Below are positions 28,635 through 32,000 of a stretch of DNA of 32,000 nt, piece after piece. The DNA lies in assembly GCF_000016745.1 (NCBI RefSeq), contig NC_009483.1, positions 3,960,001 to 3,992,000 of the forward strand. Reading direction: 5' to 3'. The position numbers and the translations under genes were made by a program. Position 1 is the first letter of the stretch, and every line of letters starts with the position of its first letter. The DNA comes from Geotalea uraniireducens Rf4. Lineage in GTDB: Bacteria; Desulfobacterota; Desulfuromonadia; Geobacterales; Geobacteraceae. The notes under the pieces are model-generated. The model saw only the letters and a list, made by a program, of their open reading frames with translations, ran no database searches and was not told the origin of the DNA.

Positions 28635-29849
28635 ATGCTCACTTTCATAGAAGCCCGCAGCATCATTCTGAACAGCGTCCGTCCCGTCGGCACCGAGCGT
28701 GTCATGCTCCTCGATGCCATCGGCCGGATACTGGCAGATGAGATCAAAGCCCCGTGGGACATGCCGCTTTGGAATAACTCCGCCATGGACGGTTATGCGG
28801 TGCGCAGCGAAGATTGCCAGACGTCGGTTACCCTGCGGGTTACCGGTTATATCCCGGCCGGAGCGACAGATACATGCATCGTCGACCCCGGCTGCACCGT
28901 GAGGATCATGACCGGCGCTCCGATCCCGCCGGGAGCCGATGCCGTCGTGCCGTTCGAAGAGACGGAAGAAGGTGAACAGTTCATAAAGATTCACAGCCAG
29001 GTAAAAAAAGGGCAGCATATCCGTTTTGCCGGTGAGGATGTCAAAGCCGGGGACACGGTACTTGCTGCCGGCACCGTCATCGCCCCCCCGGGAATAAGCA
29101 TGCTTGCTTCCCTCGGCTCAGCGTTTGTGCCGGTTTACCGCAAAGCCAGGGTGGCGATTCTTTCCACCGGCGATGAACTGGTCGAACTGGGAGGACAGGT
29201 ATCGGCGGGACAGATCATCAACAGCAATACCCTTTCACTGGCGGCGGCAGTCAGGGAAATCGGCTGCGAACCGGTCATCATCGGCATCGCAAGGGATAAC
29301 CGTGCCAGCCACCAGCAATTGCTCCGGGAAGGGCTGAATGCAGACGCCCTCATCACCTCGGCAGGCGTTTCTGCCGGGGACCGGGACCTGGTCCGTGAGG
29401 TCCTGGCAGAGTTGGGTGTGCAGCAGCTGTTCTGGAAGGTGGACATCAAGCCGGGGCGCCCCACCGCCTTCGGCCTCAATGCAGGCAAACCGGTCTTTTC
29501 TCTCCCCGGCAACCCGGTTTCAACCATGATGACCTTTGAAGAATTCGTCAGACCGGCACTGCTGAAGATGATGGGAAGAAAACGGGTGATAAAGCCGACC
29601 GTGAAAGCGGCGCTCAAGGAAGACGTCAGGAAAAAGACGGGGCGGCTGCATTTACTCCGGGTCCGCCTGGAAGCAGGCAGCGACGGCTACCAGGCAAGCG
29701 TTTTCGGCGACCAGAGCACCGGTATCCTGAGAACCATGGTCCAGGCCGACGGGTTTGCCTTTCTCCCGCCGGAGAAGGGTTTTTTTGCCAAAGGTGAACT
29801 GGTGGACGTTCATGTTCTCAACCGTGATTTTGAGATGGAGGAAGGGTAG
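28635..29849 (+). CDS. moeA: Molybdopterin molybdenumtransferase MoeA
   Basis: 404 aa with N-terminal ..EAR..IL......G.E.V.L.DA.GRILA.DI.AP.D.P...NSAMDGYAV and the later PGNPVS motif. The length and domain order are typical of MoeA. Confidence 0.88.
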   Translation: MLTFIEARSIILNSVRPVGTERVMLLDAIGRILADEIKAPWDMPLWNNSAMDGYAVRSEDCQTSVTLRVTGYIPAGATDTCIVDPGCTVRIMTGAPIPPGADAVVPFEETEEGEQFIKIHSQVKKGQHIRFAGEDVKAGDTVLAAGTVIAPPGISMLASLGSAFVPVYRKARVAILSTGDELVELGGQVSAGQIINSNTLSLAAAVREIGCEPVIIGIARDNRASHQQLLREGLNADALITSAGVSAGDRDLVREVLAELGVQQLFWKVDIKPGRPTAFGLNAGKPVFSLPGNPVSTMMTFEEFVRPALLKMMGRKRVIKPTVKAALKEDVRKKTGRLHLLRVRLEAGSDGYQASVFGDQSTGILRTMVQADGFAFLPPEKGFFAKGELVDVHVLNRDFEMEEG

Positions 29850-29916
29850 CCGAGCAAAATGCCAGGCAACTCATTGATTCAAAAAAACATTTTTCAGCTT
29901 CACGATTACCTCAAGA

Positions 29917-30083
29917 GTAACTATTCAGCGTATATGTTTTGACGTCGGAGGATAGGCATCCTGCCTGCCTTCAGGCGAAGTTTCATCAGCCTGATAAGTT
30001 TGAACTGAACACATGTTCAAGCGATAAACCCGCTTGAAACGCAGGCTGGAAGCCTACGCTCCCGGGATATGCTGAATAGTTAC
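29917..30083 (+). repeat. Copy B (complete) of the palindromic intergenic repeat family
   Basis: The outer inverted ends are GTAACTATTCAGC (29917..29929) and GCTGAATAGTTAC (30071..30083). The inner inverted modules are GGAGGATAGGCATCCTGCCTG and GCAGGCTGGAAGCCTACGCTCC, with three internal hairpins. 29917..30038 is the reverse complement of 10771..10895 with few changes. Confidence 0.8.
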
Positions 30084-30103
30084 CCCTTCATTTTTCATAA
30101 ACC

Positions 30104-30194
30104 GCCGACCACCGACCACCGACCACCGACCACCGACCACCGACCACCGACCACCGACCGCCGACCGCCGACCGCCGACCGCCGACCGCCGACC
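30104..30194 (-). repeat. Tandem heptanucleotide array, reverse complement of 28439..28536
   Basis: The plus strand reads GCCGACC x1, (ACCGACC)x7, (GCCGACC)x5. On the minus strand that is (GGTCGGC)x5, (GGTCGGT)x7, (GGTCGGC)x1. Confidence 0.95.
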
Positions 30195-30220
30195 GCTTTT
30201 ACCCCATCCTGAAATTTTAT

Positions 30221-30247
30221 TTAATTTTCTCCCCCTTAAGCCGAAAA
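30221..30247 (+). promoter_or_regulatory. Possible sigma28 (FliA)-type promoter for the MCP gene
   Basis: TTAA-N15-GCCGAAAA against the consensus TAAA-N15-GCCGATAA, about 85 nt upstream of ATG 30334. This is a pattern match only. Confidence 0.3.
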
Positions 30248-30333
30248 GTTTAGCAATGTCTTGTCTCGCAGGACATTAAGTGCAAAAACACCATGAACAA
30301 GAATAGTTTGCCGGAAAGCAACGGGGGGATTTT

Positions 30334-32000
30334 ATGCTGTCGTTGAACAATCTGAAAGTCAGAAAGAAATTGTGGTTGATAATCGGCAGCGCACTGGCAG
30401 GCATCGTGGTGATCATCGCCATGTCCCTCTTCATGCTCAAGACCGATTTAAAAGACGAAAAGGCCCTCAAGACGCGACACTTGGTGGAAACCGCCTACTC
30501 CACCCTCGATTACTATTACAGGCTTGCAGCAAGCGGCAAGATATCGCAGGAAGAGGCAAAGGCCGCGGCCATTGCCGTCATCAAAACCATGCGCTACGAA
30601 GATAAGGAGTATTTCTGGATAAACGACATGCATCCAACCATGGTCATGCATCCCTACAAGCCGGAACTGGACGGTAAAGACCTGTCCGGTTTCAAGGACA
30701 ACGAGGGAAAGAAGCTGTTTGTCGAGTTTGTTGAAACCGTCAAGGCGAAAAAAGCCGGTTTCGTCTATTACCTCTGGCCGAAGCCCGGCTTCGACAAACC
30801 GGTGCTCAAGGTCTCTTACGTGAAGGGCTTCGAGCCGTGGGGGTGGATCATCGGCAGCGGCATATACCTCGATGATCTCGATGCGTTGTTCTGGAGCAAA
30901 TCGCGTCAGTATGCGCTCGTGGCTTTTGCCGTGTTTCTCATGATCCTGGCCATGTCCTGGATTGTCGCCAAAAACATCACCAGGAACCTGACGGATCTTA
31001 CGGACAAGATCGGCTTGATCAGCGACGGCGACCTCCGCATATCCATCGAGGCCAAGGGAAATGACGAGTTCGGCATGCTCGCCCGCGACATCAACAAGAT
31101 GGCCGTCTCACTCAACGAGATGATCAATCAGATCTTCGACTCGATCAACAACGTGGTGCAGGTCGTCGATACGGTCAAGACCAAGTCCGAGCAGACGGCA
31201 GGAGCCGCCCAGAAACAGTCCATGCAAGCCACCGGCATCGCCACGGCCGCAGAGGAAATGAGCCATACCATCAACGACATGGCACGGAACGCAGCCACTG
31301 CCGCAGACACGTCAGCCGATGCCATGAAGACGGCAGCAAGCGGCAAGCAGGTTGCAGACGGGGCGGTCGAAACCATTGACAGGGTTTTCCGGGCCACGGT
31401 AGATCTGGAGCAGATGATTGAAAAATTGAGTTCCAGCGTCTCCGAAATCGGCGATATCGTCACCGTTATCAATGATATCGCCGACCAGACAAATCTTCTC
31501 GCCCTGAATGCCTCCATTGAAGCGGCACGTGCCGGCGAACACGGCAGGGGATTTGCCGTCGTTGCCGATGAGGTAAGGAAGCTGGCGGAACGGACGATCA
31601 GGGCAACCGCCGAGATCTCCAAGAAGATCGGCGCCGTGCAGAAAGAATCCGAGCAGACGACCAACTCCATGGCCGAAGCCTCCGGCGAAGTGACCATGGC
31701 AACTGATTATATCAAACAGGTGGGAAGCACCCTCAATCATATCGTCGATGCAGTGCAGAATGCCCGCGACCAGATAACCCAGATTGCCACTGCCATCGAG
31801 CAACAGTCGGCGACAACGGAGGAGCTGGCGCAGAATTTCGAACAAACTTCCGCCGCAGCGGTACAGATGGAAAAAATGTCCGAAGAAGTGACCCAGGCAG
31901 TCTACAGGCTGAGCCACATAGACGAGGAGATCAGAAACAGCACATCCGGCTTTAAAACCGTCGTCAGCGCCCTGCAGATGCTTGACATGGCGAAAACTGA
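30334..32000 (+). CDS. Methyl-accepting chemotaxis protein with single-Cache (sCache_2-like) sensor domain; 3' end outside the window
   Basis: It is not in the supplied track because there is no stop in the window. My translation is open from ATG 30334 to base 32000. It has TM1 [21 protein letters not shown], a Cache block ([48 protein letters not shown]), TM2, HAMP and the signalling hairpin [40 protein letters not shown]. Confidence 0.88.
   Translation, partial: MLSLNNLKVRKKLWLIIGSALAGIVVIIAMSLFMLKTDLKDEKALKTRHLVETAYSTLDYYYRLAASGKISQEEAKAAAIAVIKTMRYEDKEYFWINDMHPTMVMHPYKPELDGKDLSGFKDNEGKKLFVEFVETVKAKKAGFVYYLWPKPGFDKPVLKVSYVKGFEPWGWIIGSGIYLDDLDALFWSKSRQYALVAFAVFLMILAMSWIVAKNITRNLTDLTDKIGLISDGDLRISIEAKGNDEFGMLARDINKMAVSLNEMINQIFDSINNVVQVVDTVKTKSEQTAGAAQKQSMQATGIATAAEEMSHTINDMARNAATAADTSADAMKTAASGKQVADGAVETIDRVFRATVDLEQMIEKLSSSVSEIGDIVTVINDIADQTNLLALNASIEAARAGEHGRGFAVVADEVRKLAERTIRATAEISKKIGAVQKESEQTTNSMAEASGEVTMATDYIKQVGSTLNHIVDAVQNARDQITQIATAIEQQSATTEELAQNFEQTSAAAVQMEKMSEEVTQAVYRLSHIDEEIRNSTSGFKTVVSALQMLDMAKT

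Noticed and set aside
28335-29018. Minus-strand ORFs 28335..29018 and 28346..28549 encoding PPTTDHR/PPTADRR repeats
   Set aside because: The repeat peptide is just the translation of the heptamer array (3 x 7 nt = 7 aa). The rest is antisense to moeA or the kinase 3 end, and there is no start context.
28439-30194. Heptamer arrays as a CRISPR array
   Set aside because: The units are 7 nt and directly abutting, with no spacers. There is no leader and no cas genes in the window.

Overview
This is a GC-rich chromosomal window. Gene content and repeat families suggest a Geobacter/Desulfuromonadales-type genome, but that is an unverified inference. All family calls come from reading motifs by eye; no database search or folding program was available.

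The core is two paralogous periplasmic selenocysteine (Sec) formate dehydrogenase (FDH) loci on the minus strand. Copy 1 (1..2935) is cut by the window start. Copy 2 is complete as fdnG-fdnH-nrfD-like (16046..21128), followed by an FdhD-MobA fusion gene and tatA. Each locus is divergent from a sigma54-type response regulator plus Cache-like sensor kinase pair. Each is preceded by a good -24/-12 promoter match and a long structured leader. A third paralogous regulator/kinase pair sits in tandem (25074..28434) and is followed by moeA.

Other genes:
- a 4-PAS histidine kinase
- a mazEF-type toxin-antitoxin pair
- a relic of a methyl-accepting chemotaxis protein (MCP) gene
- a radical-SAM/DUF4130 putative DNA-repair pair
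- a Uma2-family nuclease
- an sCache-type MCP that runs off the 3' end and is absent from the ORF track

The non-coding fraction is unusually repeat-rich:
- inverted heptanucleotide arrays bracketing moeA
- a similar inverted heptamer structure in frame inside kinase 1
- a 221-bp MITE-like palindromic element with a 7-bp target duplication and an internal empty-site control
- two inverted copies of a ~125-nt element 19 kb apart
- several REP-like hairpin clusters

No rRNA, tRNA, CRISPR array, integrase or transposase gene was seen.
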